A stretch of 64,000 nt of DNA from a virus (IMGVR_UViG_2974506496_000001:160001-224000), one strand, 5' to 3'; counted from the first letter of the stretch, positions 8,294-18,190 are shown. The notes: generated from the letters alone by a model not told the origin. Numbers and translations: made by a program.

Positions 8294-8449
8294 GCGTCGT
8301 ACTCCCTGATGAGGCGCCCGACGTTAAAAGGCACGAAACGGGGACAGAGGATACTCCATCGGTGATTGCAATCAACCACGCTGGGGTTTATACAGGCACT
8401 TGAGAGACACGCTGGTTTCTCGTTGCCTGTCCCTTTGTCCCGTCGGAGT
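8294..8449 (+). ncRNA. type I hammerhead ribozyme with loop II pseudoknot
   Basis: Stem I ACTCC/GGAGT, core CTGATGA (8306-8312), GAAA (8335-8338), stem III ACGGGGACAGAGG/CCTTTGTCCCGT, GTC cleavage triplet ending 8444, GCGTCG (8294-8299) complementary to loop II CGACGT. Confidence 0.8.
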
Positions 8450-8956
8450 CCCTTGCGTTCCTGGAGGGATGACACCGCGTTAAGACTGATCCCCTTAACG
8501 AAGTTGCAATAGCCGGGGGTGTTTCTTGCAAAGGTTACTCACAGCAGACTGCCTCCGCCAATTGCGGATGGCTTAGGCCCTCAGTCCGTCAGGAAGTTGT
8601 CGTTGAATAAATGACAGCTGGACTAGGGTTGCATTATAACCCGGCAAATGTGCAGCCTGTTTTTTCTTCATGTGTACCTGAACCGGTTCAGGAGCCTACA
8701 GATGAGGGAACGACGGGAAGCATATTGCTACCGATCATTTGCTGTGTGACCGGGCCAAGGATGGCATATACCGGAACCAGTAGTCGTATTCAGCGCAGGT
8801 GCGCTTTCTCTTCCTTATCTTGTGGTTAAACCGCGCCTGTCTGGATCATACGTGCCGGGGTCACACCTGGCGCTTATGCCGTCTGAGTTGTATCCTTTTT
8901 TACTCCTACATTACGAAGCTGATATACCCATCAATTCAATTTAAAGGAGTTTAGTT

Positions 8957-9379
8957 ATGAAGAACGTTACTATTGCTATTGGTCGTAATCCGCTGTCCAA
9001 CCAGAAATGGATTCTGGATCAGATCGTGAGTCTGGTGAAGTCCGGCAAGTCCGACATCTTCATCGTCAATACTGACTCACGGGTTTCCACTGCGGTACTC
9101 AACGCCTTGAAAGAGTATACGAAGGATGATGCGGAATACACTCGCTTGGTTGCTGAGAACGGTGTCATGTTCCACACAACCGAGACCGAAGACCTGCAAA
9201 CGCTGGATGATGCTAAGATGAACAGCCGCTCGGCGATTCTGGCCAACATGCTGTTCAGCCTGCCATTGGTCAAACAGTGTCGTGATCTGGCGCGTCACCA
9301 CGTCCCGGTCTTTGTGAGTGCCACACCTGCCATGTCTGGTAAGGTGCCGGCTGCCGCCCATACCAAGTTCCTCGATTAA
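8957..9379 (+). CDS. hypothetical protein
   Basis: AAGGAG RBS; early promoter-like motif CCTACATTAC at 8905-8914. Confidence 0.75.
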   Translation: MKNVTIAIGRNPLSNQKWILDQIVSLVKSGKSDIFIVNTDSRVSTAVLNALKEYTKDDAEYTRLVAENGVMFHTTETEDLQTLDDAKMNSRSAILANMLFSLPLVKQCRDLARHHVPVFVSATPAMSGKVPAAAHTKFLD

Positions 9380-9388
9380 GGATAGCCC

Positions 9389-9850
9389 ATGGTAAATCAC
9401 CTGTGGGGTCAGTTGTCGGAGCGTGCCATCCGCGCTGCTGCTACTGACCTACGGTTGAAGCCTGTAGAGAGCCTGCCCATGTGTTGGGCAGAGCTCCTCT
9501 CCATCGGGATCACCAAACCCCTTGGACGCTTTGACGTTCTTACCCATATCGGTCGCCGTCCTGAGCTTCACTACTTAACCGTGTTAGCCGAGGAAGGTGT
9601 CCGTTTCATCGATGTGTTAGCGGAAGATACTGATGCCCGTCACGCACATCGCGCTCGAGCAAACGCAGTCTGCTATTATGACAAAGATCAGAAGCCGCAA
9701 CTGTGTTGGTTATACCTCTCCCGTGGCGAGTTAACGGAGGGGAATTTTAGTCGTGCTGTGCGTGAAGGTATTCATCGTGTCGCTGGGAAGTTCCCGGAGG
9801 ACACCAACACTCACTTCTGTGATCTATCGGGATTGACCCATGCTAAGTAA
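9389..9850 (+). CDS. hypothetical protein
   Basis: ORF with AAGGA RBS. Confidence 0.7.
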   Translation: MVNHLWGQLSERAIRAAATDLRLKPVESLPMCWAELLSIGITKPLGRFDVLTHIGRRPELHYLTVLAEEGVRFIDVLAEDTDARHAHRARANAVCYYDKDQKPQLCWLYLSRGELTEGNFSRAVREGIHRVAGKFPEDTNTHFCDLSGLTHAK

Positions 9851-9965
9851 AAAGATTATGACTGAACTGCGTCGTCGGATTAATAAAGGCAATAAGCCTC
9901 AGCAGTCAGGTCGTTTGACCCATGTTCTTGTAGACAGCAAGTCTACAGGCTTTAAACCACAATAA
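9840..9965 (+). CDS. small basic protein (41 aa, MLSKKIMTELRRRINK...)
   Basis: Fills the gap between operonic genes and overlaps the upstream stop. Confidence 0.4.
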   Translation: MLSKKIMTELRRRINKGNKPQQSGRLTHVLVDSKSTGFKPQ

Positions 9966-9982
9966 CGTTTCTCGGTGTCCTC

Positions 9983-10528
9983 ATGACTCAAACACAAAGT
10001 TATTCCGTTAATGCCTTTGACGAAATCGTCATCACCGCTACCCGTCACGCGTCCAACCATATCCACTACCAATTCGCAACCCCTGGGGAAAAATCGGTAG
10101 TGGTCCATGCGTTTGACTCAACCACGGAGCTGACCACCCAGGAGGCTTTTAAACGGGCTTATGCCGAACTGGCACACTGGGTAGGGGTTAAGGCCGGTTA
10201 TGATCATCTGCAGCGTAACGATGCCATTCCGTTGCTGATTTCGGTGGCCCGTGATCTGTTTGTTGAGAACATCTTCAAAGACATGAAAGATCTCAGCGGT
10301 GAGTTCTTGCACAATGGCGTGTCTGTCAACTGGAAACGCACGTTGATGATGGATGTGTTACTGACCAGTTTTGAAACCCAGGTAAGTGACCATATCAGCG
10401 AAGATGGTTTGGGTGTTCGGACGTATTCCAAGATCGAGCTGCGCACCCACTCGAAAGAAGACAACCTGTCACCAAACCTGCAGTACGCGGAATACGCGGG
10501 GGTATTTGATCGTGGTCCAACTCTCTAA
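9983..10528 (+). CDS. hypothetical protein
   Basis: 181-aa ORF; N-terminal FDEIVIT..HAS..IHYQFATP resembles the next gene. Confidence 0.7.
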   Translation: MTQTQSYSVNAFDEIVITATRHASNHIHYQFATPGEKSVVVHAFDSTTELTTQEAFKRAYAELAHWVGVKAGYDHLQRNDAIPLLISVARDLFVENIFKDMKDLSGEFLHNGVSVNWKRTLMMDVLLTSFETQVSDHISEDGLGVRTYSKIELRTHSKEDNLSPNLQYAEYAGVFDRGPTL

Positions 10529-11084
10529 CTTCGCCCATCCTGTTAACGCGGTTAATACACAGCAACAGTTCGAGCTGTTTACGATCACTACCCTGCAGTT
10601 GCATGGCGGGAGTGTTTTCCATCGGGTGACATTGCCTTTGGATGGACGCCCTACCGAGATCGCATTGTTTGCCCAACCCACGAAGATGTCACATGTCGAT
10701 GTGTTGCGCACGGTGCACGATCTGGTGTTTCTGTGGATTCCGCCGGTGACTGATCCGCGGGGGTTAATCATGGGTCATCGTGATTATATCCTCAATCTCT
10801 GTAAAGAGACCTTGCGGGTTGTTGCAGGCGTGGGTAGCTGGCCAGTTCCAGCGTTTAATAAACAGGACGTCACGGATAACGGCGTGCTTCATTTGTTGCG
10901 CTACTATGATCCGATAATGGACCGTATCATCACTCAGGTGGTTGGTACACCGCCAATGGATCTGGATGATCGGGATATGCGCCAGGATAAGCAAGGGGCA
11001 GGGCTTGTCGCCTTCTCACCCTCTTGGCTTGACCCAGGGCCTTTCACGGCACAGGATCACAACTACGGCGTTGCGGATGCATAA
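10386..11084 (+). CDS. hypothetical protein, possible paralog of 9983 (true start likely near 10510)
   Basis: FELFTIT..LHGGSVFHRVTLP similarity; ends at bidirectional terminator. Confidence 0.6.
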   Translation: MTISAKMVWVFGRIPRSSCAPTRKKTTCHQTCSTRNTRGYLIVVQLSNFAHPVNAVNTQQQFELFTITTLQLHGGSVFHRVTLPLDGRPTEIALFAQPTKMSHVDVLRTVHDLVFLWIPPVTDPRGLIMGHRDYILNLCKETLRVVAGVGSWPVPAFNKQDVTDNGVLHLLRYYDPIMDRIITQVVGTPPMDLDDRDMRQDKQGAGLVAFSPSWLDPGPFTAQDHNYGVADA

Positions 11085-11086
11085 AA

Positions 11087-11138
11087 CGGCATAAGAGGAG
11101 GAGCAAATGCTCCTCCTCTGTTTATGCTGCTTTTTTTT
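11087..11138. terminator. bidirectional terminator flanked by TTATGC on both strands
   Basis: AGAGGAGGAGC-AAAT-GCTCCTCCTCT hairpin between convergent genes. Confidence 0.8.
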
Positions 11139-11139
11139 G

Positions 11140-11991
11140 TTATCGTTTGGGGACACTCATCCGAATCGAGCGGTGCTTACGGAGTTTGTCTGACCACGCT
11201 GCTGTCTTCTTCCATCGGGTTTCCAGGAAGTCGGTGTAGTTGTCCACCGCATCAGCATAGCTTTCAATGGTGTCTTTAAACGCCCCGAGTTCCACACCAC
11301 CCACTAACGCCCCTTGGTCAACAGGAATACGCAGACGTTGATAGATGTAGGCTTTCACCGCATAGTTCACCAACTGTGAGAACCGAGTGTAAGCCCGCAC
11401 CGGGATGTTAGTCATCTCTGAGTCGTTTGAGACAATACAACGCAGGGTCAGCATGTTCGTGATCATTTGGGTTTCATAGATCGCTACCATGTTCTGACCA
11501 ATCAACGCTACGTTGGTCATCTGAATCTCAGGGGCTGGGGAGTAAGACTGCAACATCTGCTGCATGCCCTGGGTGATTGCCCCGTTACTGCACCCCATGT
11601 TCATTCCACCGGTATACCCGCCAATCCCTGCTCCACCGGGTACGCCAAATAACGCATCGGGGTAACCGTACATCAAGGAGAGAATCGAGGTGATCACTCG
11701 CCCGCCGGTTAACGACTTCGGTACCCGAAAGACCGTGGTGAAGTTATCGGGTTGAACGTACTCCACATCCCGTAAGGGTATGATGACTTCTACCCCACCC
11801 ACGACGTCACAATCACGACGCACTTTGGCATCGATCACTTTCGTACGGATGGCTTCATTAAGTGAAGTGTTGAGAACCTGACGAACGCCAGTGTGGTAGT
11901 AAGCAACATCATTGGTCATGAACGCTGCTCTTAACAAACTGGGATCAAAGTTCCACATCACGTCATTAATGGCATGATCTATCGCGCTCAT
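11140..11991 (-). CDS. conserved jumbo-phage protein, possibly virion structural
   Basis: 283-aa ORF divergent from phuZ; function inferred only. Confidence 0.55.
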   Translation of the reverse strand: MSAIDHAINDVMWNFDPSLLRAAFMTNDVAYYHTGVRQVLNTSLNEAIRTKVIDAKVRRDCDVVGGVEVIIPLRDVEYVQPDNFTTVFRVPKSLTGGRVITSILSLMYGYPDALFGVPGGAGIGGYTGGMNMGCSNGAITQGMQQMLQSYSPAPEIQMTNVALIGQNMVAIYETQMITNMLTLRCIVSNDSEMTNIPVRAYTRFSQLVNYAVKAYIYQRLRIPVDQGALVGGVELGAFKDTIESYADAVDNYTDFLETRWKKTAAWSDKLRKHRSIRMSVPKR

Positions 11992-12079
11992 AATCGCACC
12001 TTTGTTACATTCTACATGGATGTATGTATATATGTTGAAAAACTGATCTCATAGAATTTAACCAACGGAGCAATATCAC

Positions 12080-13054
12080 ATGTCAAAACGTTTAACCCGC
12101 ATCTACGCTTGTGGCGGTGCTGCCATCAACATCACCGCGGCGCAGAAGGACCAGCACGATCAACTGGGCTTCTCTGACCTCAGCGTATCACGTATCGATA
12201 CTTCGGATAAGAACATCAAACCAGGCATGTCACCGAACAGCGTCTACATCCTGGAAAACGCAGACGGTTCTGGTAAAGAGCGTAAACACAACTACAAAGC
12301 GATCGTGGCCTCACTCGAACAGATCCTGGCGATGCACAAACCGGGCGATTACAACATCGTCATGATGTCAGCCTCAGGCGGTTCTGGTTCGGTCATCGGT
12401 CCGGTAATCATTGGCGAGCTGCTGAAGCGTAAGATCCCAGTGGTTGCGCTGGTTGTGGGTACCATCGGTTCTGAAACTGAAACGCAGAACTCCATCAATA
12501 CCCTGAAGTCCCTGGCCGGTGTCTCTGAAGCTCAGAAAGCCCCACTGGTGATGTCATACTTCCCGGTGAACCAGCACTTCGATCAGCGTGAAGTGGACAA
12601 GCAAGTCCTGACCACCATGACGCTGTTGCTCAACCTGTTCGACTCGAAGAACATCGAAATCGATTACAAAGATATCGTGAACTTCCTGAACTACACCAAC
12701 ATCCGCAACACCCGCCCTGGCCTGGTTGGCCTCGAAACGTACAACGACGACGAACTGCAGACCATCGCCGGTACCTCGCCGTTGTCCATGGCGTCAGTGT
12801 TCAAAGATGATAACCGTCCGTTCCTGCCGGTTACCCCGGACTACCATGCCACCGGTACCCGTGACCAGGACATGAAAGATGAGCGTATGCAGTTCAATGC
12901 GCACTATGTCATTACCTCAGCGCCGGTTAAAATGGCGTTCGAAGATCTGAACAAACGTATGAAGCAGATCACTGATCAGCAGCATACTCGCGGCCAGAAC
13001 TTCAACCTGCTGGGTGATGGCGACCAGGGTGACGATAACGGGATGTTCCTGTAA
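12080..13054 (+). CDS. phuZ: phage tubulin PhuZ
   Basis: CGGAAIN, IDTS, DGSGKER and tubulin signature SASGGSGS; acidic C-terminal tail. Confidence 0.92.
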   Translation: MSKRLTRIYACGGAAINITAAQKDQHDQLGFSDLSVSRIDTSDKNIKPGMSPNSVYILENADGSGKERKHNYKAIVASLEQILAMHKPGDYNIVMMSASGGSGSVIGPVIIGELLKRKIPVVALVVGTIGSETETQNSINTLKSLAGVSEAQKAPLVMSYFPVNQHFDQREVDKQVLTTMTLLLNLFDSKNIEIDYKDIVNFLNYTNIRNTRPGLVGLETYNDDELQTIAGTSPLSMASVFKDDNRPFLPVTPDYHATGTRDQDMKDERMQFNAHYVITSAPVKMAFEDLNKRMKQITDQQHTRGQNFNLLGDGDQGDDNGMFL

Positions 13055-13356
13055 TCCACTGAGCCTCTCTATTATATGTAACCGCTGCTGCAACACTCCT
13101 CTGTCTGGGTTTTCTGTATTCCTTTTACCAGAGATGAGTGAAGCGTTACATTTCTTCCGTGACCATGGCTGCTAGCGGGAGAGGCTGTTTAAAGAGCGAA
13201 TCCCCTCCACCGTTTTGGTGGAGGGGTTATGCCGTCAAAAATAATTCAAACCTACATTATAATCACGAGCAGTACCAATTACTTTCGTACATTAACGTAC
13301 TATTATTTAGGGCATAGCCCTTTTATAGTTGGATGTATGACTAGGAGCTTAACACC

Positions 13357-14646
13357 GTGAACTACAGCACAGACAATTTTATTATCGACGTTGGTCAGTA
13401 TATTCCAACCATCATGTTTCGCGCACCGTACCTGAACGGTAAGCCATTAACCCACGAACAAACGTATTGTATTTTCGCTGCCATCCACGATGAAATCTTT
13501 AATGAGACATTCCCGTGGGCCCACATTAACAACAGTTTAGAAACCGCCTTATCAACGGTGTATGCAGACTACCCTTTATTTACTCTTGGTGAACCACGCT
13601 ATTGGCGTTTTGGACATAACGGCTATGAGATCTATCGCCCAACCCAAAATGGCTTTAATTACATGGATGCTCCGCATGGACGTTTACCGCAGAACCCACC
13701 ACGTGGTTCGATCTTTAAGATTGCCGGCGGACGGGTCTATGCAGAGTGGTTAAGCGCGTTTGTCACGAACACCTTGTTTGGTATTCGTAACCGACTCCAC
13801 GACGAACTGCTCCGTTTCGTCGGTACGGCTGCGGATTACGAATGGCACTTTGAGTATGTGTCAAACGGAATTTTCTATACCAAAGTTTCTAAGAACCCAT
13901 TGGTCACTCAACCGGTGCATATCAAGCTCCAGGCAATGACTGAAGCTGAGCAGATACAACAGGCGATTTCAGATCTTCCAGATGTTCGTCAACCAACCGT
14001 AGGGAATGCGGTGGCGGTGAATCTGGATATTCGTGCACACAGCAGTCTCGAACGTATCCCTGAAGTTTGTGGTTATCTGCAACAGCTGATCATGCATGCG
14101 CAGCAACATCATGCACCGCTTGAAGTGAAGGTGATCTATCACAGCAAAACCTACTACGATAAAGTGGTCAGCTTTGCGCGTGGGTTTATTGAACAATATC
14201 AATTGCCAGTGAAGCTCGCCTTCAAAGAGCAATGGGTGGATTTGCAACAAGCTCACCCAATCTCCCTGGGCGCTGTATCGGTATCTTCTGACATCCCTAG
14301 CATTAAAGATATAGAGCGTGACCACGATCGTCTGCGTGAAATCCGTACCCAGCTGATTCGTAATAACGCCCTCAGTCCCTGGTTGACACAAGAACTGTTG
14401 GCAATTGCACCAGGCTTGTTTAGTAAGAAGATCTCCGATGAAGAGATGTTCACCGCCATGATGACAACGGACTGGGGAGTAAACAACAAAGGCCGGCGGG
14501 TAGATGCCACTCGACTGAACCCGATGGTGATTGGGGCAGTAATCTCCATTGATCGTCAGTTAGAAGGGGAAGCATTGCCACAGGTTACCCAGCCACAACA
14601 CCAACTTCACGTGTTACATGAGATCAACTGGAATAATGTGCGATGA
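13357..14646 (+). CDS. hypothetical protein, first gene of the phuZ-DNAP operon
   Basis: 429-aa ORF, AGGAG RBS, promoter motif at 13251. Confidence 0.75.
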   Translation: MNYSTDNFIIDVGQYIPTIMFRAPYLNGKPLTHEQTYCIFAAIHDEIFNETFPWAHINNSLETALSTVYADYPLFTLGEPRYWRFGHNGYEIYRPTQNGFNYMDAPHGRLPQNPPRGSIFKIAGGRVYAEWLSAFVTNTLFGIRNRLHDELLRFVGTAADYEWHFEYVSNGIFYTKVSKNPLVTQPVHIKLQAMTEAEQIQQAISDLPDVRQPTVGNAVAVNLDIRAHSSLERIPEVCGYLQQLIMHAQQHHAPLEVKVIYHSKTYYDKVVSFARGFIEQYQLPVKLAFKEQWVDLQQAHPISLGAVSVSSDIPSIKDIERDHDRLREIRTQLIRNNALSPWLTQELLAIAPGLFSKKISDEEMFTAMMTTDWGVNNKGRRVDATRLNPMVIGAVISIDRQLEGEALPQVTQPQHQLHVLHEINWNNVR

Positions 14647-14999
14647 ATGCCAATGTGCTTCTGATCGATCTTAAACCGATAGTCTATCAGTGGTTCACAC
14701 CAGAACAAGCCAATGACAGTGACTTGCACATGGCAATAGATGATCTGGCCATCTGGGCAACCAGCACGGCGGTGGAACAGGAATGCGACACCGACCTGAT
14801 TGGCCCGACCTTCTTCCTGGTCAACTCAGGTTGGCAGCATGACCAATTGCAAGCCATGATCGATACAATGGCCAAAGTAGTAAGAACGATCTACCTGACC
14901 CAGTCCACTCCCGAATGGCGTAGCGCCGGGGTGAAACGTATTCAGGTAGATCAATTCTATCTGATGACCGTTAAGCTGGGGATTGATCCATATGTCTGA
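14643..14999 (+). CDS. hypothetical protein (tandem family)
   Basis: ATGA overlap; VLLIDLKP N-terminus. Confidence 0.7.
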   Translation: MNANVLLIDLKPIVYQWFTPEQANDSDLHMAIDDLAIWATSTAVEQECDTDLIGPTFFLVNSGWQHDQLQAMIDTMAKVVRTIYLTQSTPEWRSAGVKRIQVDQFYLMTVKLGIDPYV

Positions 15000-15354
15000 A
15001 GTCCTGTCCCGAACCAAAGCCATCGTCCCGTGCGGTGAGCTGCTCGGGTCTTTGAAACGCTACCCTGGCGTGGGTGATGAAGCAGCCCATGCTTTTATCA
15101 CCGCCGGGGCGGTACATTTATTCCACGACCGTTATGTTGATCCCATCCTCAGTGTAGATGACCTGGCGTTAATTGGGGAGACCCGGGCCAGTGTCTTGAC
15201 CGGTTTAGCGTACGAGTGGTTGCATGATCAGTTCACGATCATTCACAACGACATCAAACGACACGTCAAGCACTTTGACGAGTTGCGTGCCGACGACTAC
15301 AGCTGGGAGGGGGATTGCATACATCTTGACTTGTCGCTTTACGATGAGGACTAA
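14983..15354 (+). CDS. hypothetical protein (tandem family)
   Basis: overlapping operonic ORF. Confidence 0.65.
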   Translation: MIHMSEVLSRTKAIVPCGELLGSLKRYPGVGDEAAHAFITAGAVHLFHDRYVDPILSVDDLALIGETRASVLTGLAYEWLHDQFTIIHNDIKRHVKHFDELRADDYSWEGDCIHLDLSLYDED

Positions 15355-15357
15355 CCT

Positions 15358-15942
15358 ATGCAGCAGCAGGAACTTACAGTACACCCGTTTTCACCCGCTT
15401 TTATTCCCCAGCCTATACACACACCGTTTATAGTGGATACGCCAGACTTAATATCATGGCTGAAGGCGCCAGTCAAGGGAGATCCTAATGACCCTGACCG
15501 GATTGATACCACCAGTATCTATGTTCCACCGGAGGTTGAAATGAAACCCGTCGCTATCATCGATTTGTTCGGTTTATCCTGGACAAACCACGGCGGGCTA
15601 CTGACCATGTTCTCGCAGGTAAACCTGTTTGATCTGTTTGTCGAAGTGATCCACAAATCCCTGGGTCAGCCGTCTTACAACCTGTATCTGTTGAACGAAT
15701 GGATTGAGGCGATGATGGGCGTGGGGGATTACTTCGATCCTGAGACCAACCTCCCACAACCGTCAATGGAAGAAGTCATGGTGATGCAGGATGCATTGAT
15801 GCGGATGTTCTGTGACTTCGTGGTTAACAACCAGAGCTTTATCATGAAAGTGCTTCAGCCGCTGTTAGTGAATCAGGCTGTGGATACGATCAGTCTGCAG
15901 CAATTAAAAGCAGGTGGCAGTATTGTCGTTAATTTAGGGTGA
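15358..15942 (+). CDS. hypothetical protein (tandem family)
   Basis: GAGGA RBS. Confidence 0.7.
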   Translation: MQQQELTVHPFSPAFIPQPIHTPFIVDTPDLISWLKAPVKGDPNDPDRIDTTSIYVPPEVEMKPVAIIDLFGLSWTNHGGLLTMFSQVNLFDLFVEVIHKSLGQPSYNLYLLNEWIEAMMGVGDYFDPETNLPQPSMEEVMVMQDALMRMFCDFVVNNQSFIMKVLQPLLVNQAVDTISLQQLKAGGSIVVNLG

Positions 15943-15950
15943 GGTAAGAA

Positions 15951-16334
15951 ATGAATACGCTTGTCGTATTAGACCTGAAACCCAGTTGGGTATATCTTCG
16001 GGCGTGTTATGACCGCAGTACGGCTAATACCCTGATGATTCCCTTCGACCGTTTTCTGGAGATTGTCTTAGAAGCGTACACGGCCGAGTTAAATAAGCCG
16101 GGGAGTTCGGATGTGATCTTGGAAGCCCTGGTTGACTTTGGCGAGCTCCAACCGATGATCGACCAATCGGATATGGTGAAGCGCGAGATCTGTATGGCAT
16201 CCAATGTCATCGACGAGCAGCTGACCTATGCGATGGCTGGCTATTTTGGCGTGGAGTATTTAGGCGGGGTATCACAGATGCGGATTACCCCACATCGAAC
16301 CTTAGAAGTGTATTACGGTAAGGAGGTCACATGA
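15951..16334 (+). CDS. hypothetical protein (tandem family)
   Basis: LVVLDLKP N-terminus, GAGG RBS. Confidence 0.7.
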   Translation: MNTLVVLDLKPSWVYLRACYDRSTANTLMIPFDRFLEIVLEAYTAELNKPGSSDVILEALVDFGELQPMIDQSDMVKREICMASNVIDEQLTYAMAGYFGVEYLGGVSQMRITPHRTLEVYYGKEVT

Positions 16335-16759
16335 GCATTACCCGCGTGTCGTTGATCTTCAATATCATGCCGGATGCCGAAAAGCGAATGTATGAAGGTG
16401 TGCGAAAAACACTGACGGATGTGGGTGAGGTTGACCGCAACACCCTTGTCTATCTGGCACTGAATGAATTAACCCTGGGGCGTACCATCGCACACACCCC
16501 AACAATGTCTATGGAGGCGAAGATCCCCGTGATCTTTCCTCAGTACTCATACACCGCGCATGAAGCCATCAAGCAAGCCGTTATGGTTGTTGCCTCTGAA
16601 CTGTACAAGGAGTTCTTTACCATTCTGGAAGGCGCCCACATGAGTTACCCCGCCGTGCTGTCACAAGCCGGTATCAGTGGGTGTTCGGTGAGCACCATCT
16701 TTGACAGTCATGAGGAGCCACGGCCATGCAACTGGCAGTACTCGAGTTCACCCCAATAA
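16331..16759 (+). CDS. hypothetical protein (tandem family)
   Basis: AGGAGG RBS, ATGA overlap. Confidence 0.7.
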   Translation: MSITRVSLIFNIMPDAEKRMYEGVRKTLTDVGEVDRNTLVYLALNELTLGRTIAHTPTMSMEAKIPVIFPQYSYTAHEAIKQAVMVVASELYKEFFTILEGAHMSYPAVLSQAGISGCSVSTIFDSHEEPRPCNWQYSSSPQ

Positions 16760-17307
16760 TGCAGGACATCCAGACCACCTTGACTACGATGAGCAACATG
16801 GTTGTTAATCATGTGCAAATCACTCAAGCGGTCTGTGCTGGGTTTCCCGTGAAAGCCAGTTCAGCCAGTGAGCTGGATGTGTTGATCAGCAATACCCCAG
16901 GTTATCTCAGTCAACAGGATATCGAGAAGGTGCACCTGTGTGGTGAGCTGATCTTTGATTTCCTGGTTCAGCAACTGCAGCCCTATGCAGTACCTCGGTT
17001 GTTGCGTTACGGTTGTCCTGGCTTTTTCCAAACTCAAGGTTATGTCCTGATGTCGCAATATCACGACGACGCCTTCTTCAAAGAGTTTGTGAACATCCAG
17101 GCGAACATCACAACCCAGCAACTCCCAATCAGGAAACTGATGACATTGGAACAGGTGGTTGAAAGCAGTGAGATGCGGATAGCCGAGCTCAATGCAATGC
17201 AGCTTAGTGGGGATAACAGCGTTGAAGTACATCGGCAAATTGCCAGACATCAAAACTATCTCGATCGGTGCTCCGGTGAGATGGCGAAGATAAGAATAAA
17301 ACAATAA
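16726..17307 (+). CDS. hypothetical protein (tandem family) with C-terminal coiled coil
   Basis: GAGGAG RBS; LAVLEFTP N-terminus. Confidence 0.7.
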   Translation: MQLAVLEFTPIMQDIQTTLTTMSNMVVNHVQITQAVCAGFPVKASSASELDVLISNTPGYLSQQDIEKVHLCGELIFDFLVQQLQPYAVPRLLRYGCPGFFQTQGYVLMSQYHDDAFFKEFVNIQANITTQQLPIRKLMTLEQVVESSEMRIAELNAMQLSGDNSVEVHRQIARHQNYLDRCSGEMAKIRIKQ

Positions 17308-17320
17308 CAGCAAAGAAGGT

Positions 17321-17629
17321 TTGCACATGGTTATCATCGACCGCAATCCAGAGTTTGAACATATCGTGGATGCCATCAAGCACCTGATAGACCCGGACGC
17401 GCCTGATGGTGCGTCTGTTAAAGGCATTAACGATGTCATCGTTGACCTTCTCCACCACTACCACATGCGGTCGAACATTGTTGATATGGACCCGGACATT
17501 GCAGCATTGCATGAGCCATTTTATGTGGCACTTAACAATCTCTTAATCCGGTATGGTTTTCAAGAAGACCAGATCATCAATTTCATCATCAGTGATAAGC
17601 ATGCAAACTTTGTGCTCATCACAACGTAA
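17321..17629 (+). CDS. hypothetical protein (tandem family)
   Basis: MVIIDRNP N-terminus. Confidence 0.65.
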   Translation: MHMVIIDRNPEFEHIVDAIKHLIDPDAPDGASVKGINDVIVDLLHHYHMRSNIVDMDPDIAALHEPFYVALNNLLIRYGFQEDQIINFIISDKHANFVLITT

Positions 17630-17640
17630 CACTTGGGAGT

Positions 17641-18066
17641 GTGCACGTGTCAAAAAGCTATGCAGATCTCGTCAAGGGCGCGATCGTCGACTTTAATGTG
17701 GTGGCGCCAGATATCCTGGGCGAAGGGTTTACCTCATGTACGGTCAATGGTCGCTTTGATGCCGATACCGCTAACCTGCTTGGGTTGGATGTCCAGGCGA
17801 AACACCAGAACCTGTACCCGCTGGTGAAACCCCAAGGCATCCCGGATAATCCTGATAGCTACGACTTTATCAAGGTAACCAAAACCAGTGGCGCGCAAGC
17901 GATCCTGTGGCTACCCTGGATTGTCGAATCAACGATCGCCCCGGTCTCTCGTAACAAGATCAATGTGGTGATTGAAGACGTGGGATCAAAAGACATCGCT
18001 GTGGTTAAAGCCGCACTGGAGTCTAACGGTTATCTGAATGCAGTGGTTACCCTGATTGACAATTAA
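17641..18066 (+). CDS. conserved chimallivirus protein (phiKZ gp49-like by synteny)
   Basis: Directly upstream of DNAP; GGAG RBS. Confidence 0.55.
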   Translation: MHVSKSYADLVKGAIVDFNVVAPDILGEGFTSCTVNGRFDADTANLLGLDVQAKHQNLYPLVKPQGIPDNPDSYDFIKVTKTSGAQAILWLPWIVESTIAPVSRNKINVVIEDVGSKDIAVVKAALESNGYLNAVVTLIDN

Positions 18067-18190
18067 TAATAAACGCCTGTGGGTTTCCACAGGCTTTATG
18101 ACCCACTTCTTTTTTTTTGTTATCAACTATTTCCTTACATGGATCGTCTAATCATTTAGAGAGTTAAGCCAGCGCTAAGGATATCCTGCC

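Noticed and set aside
8623-8665. preQ1-like riboswitch
   Set aside because: Lacks the A-rich 3-prime tail; better explained as a hairpin plus T-tract.
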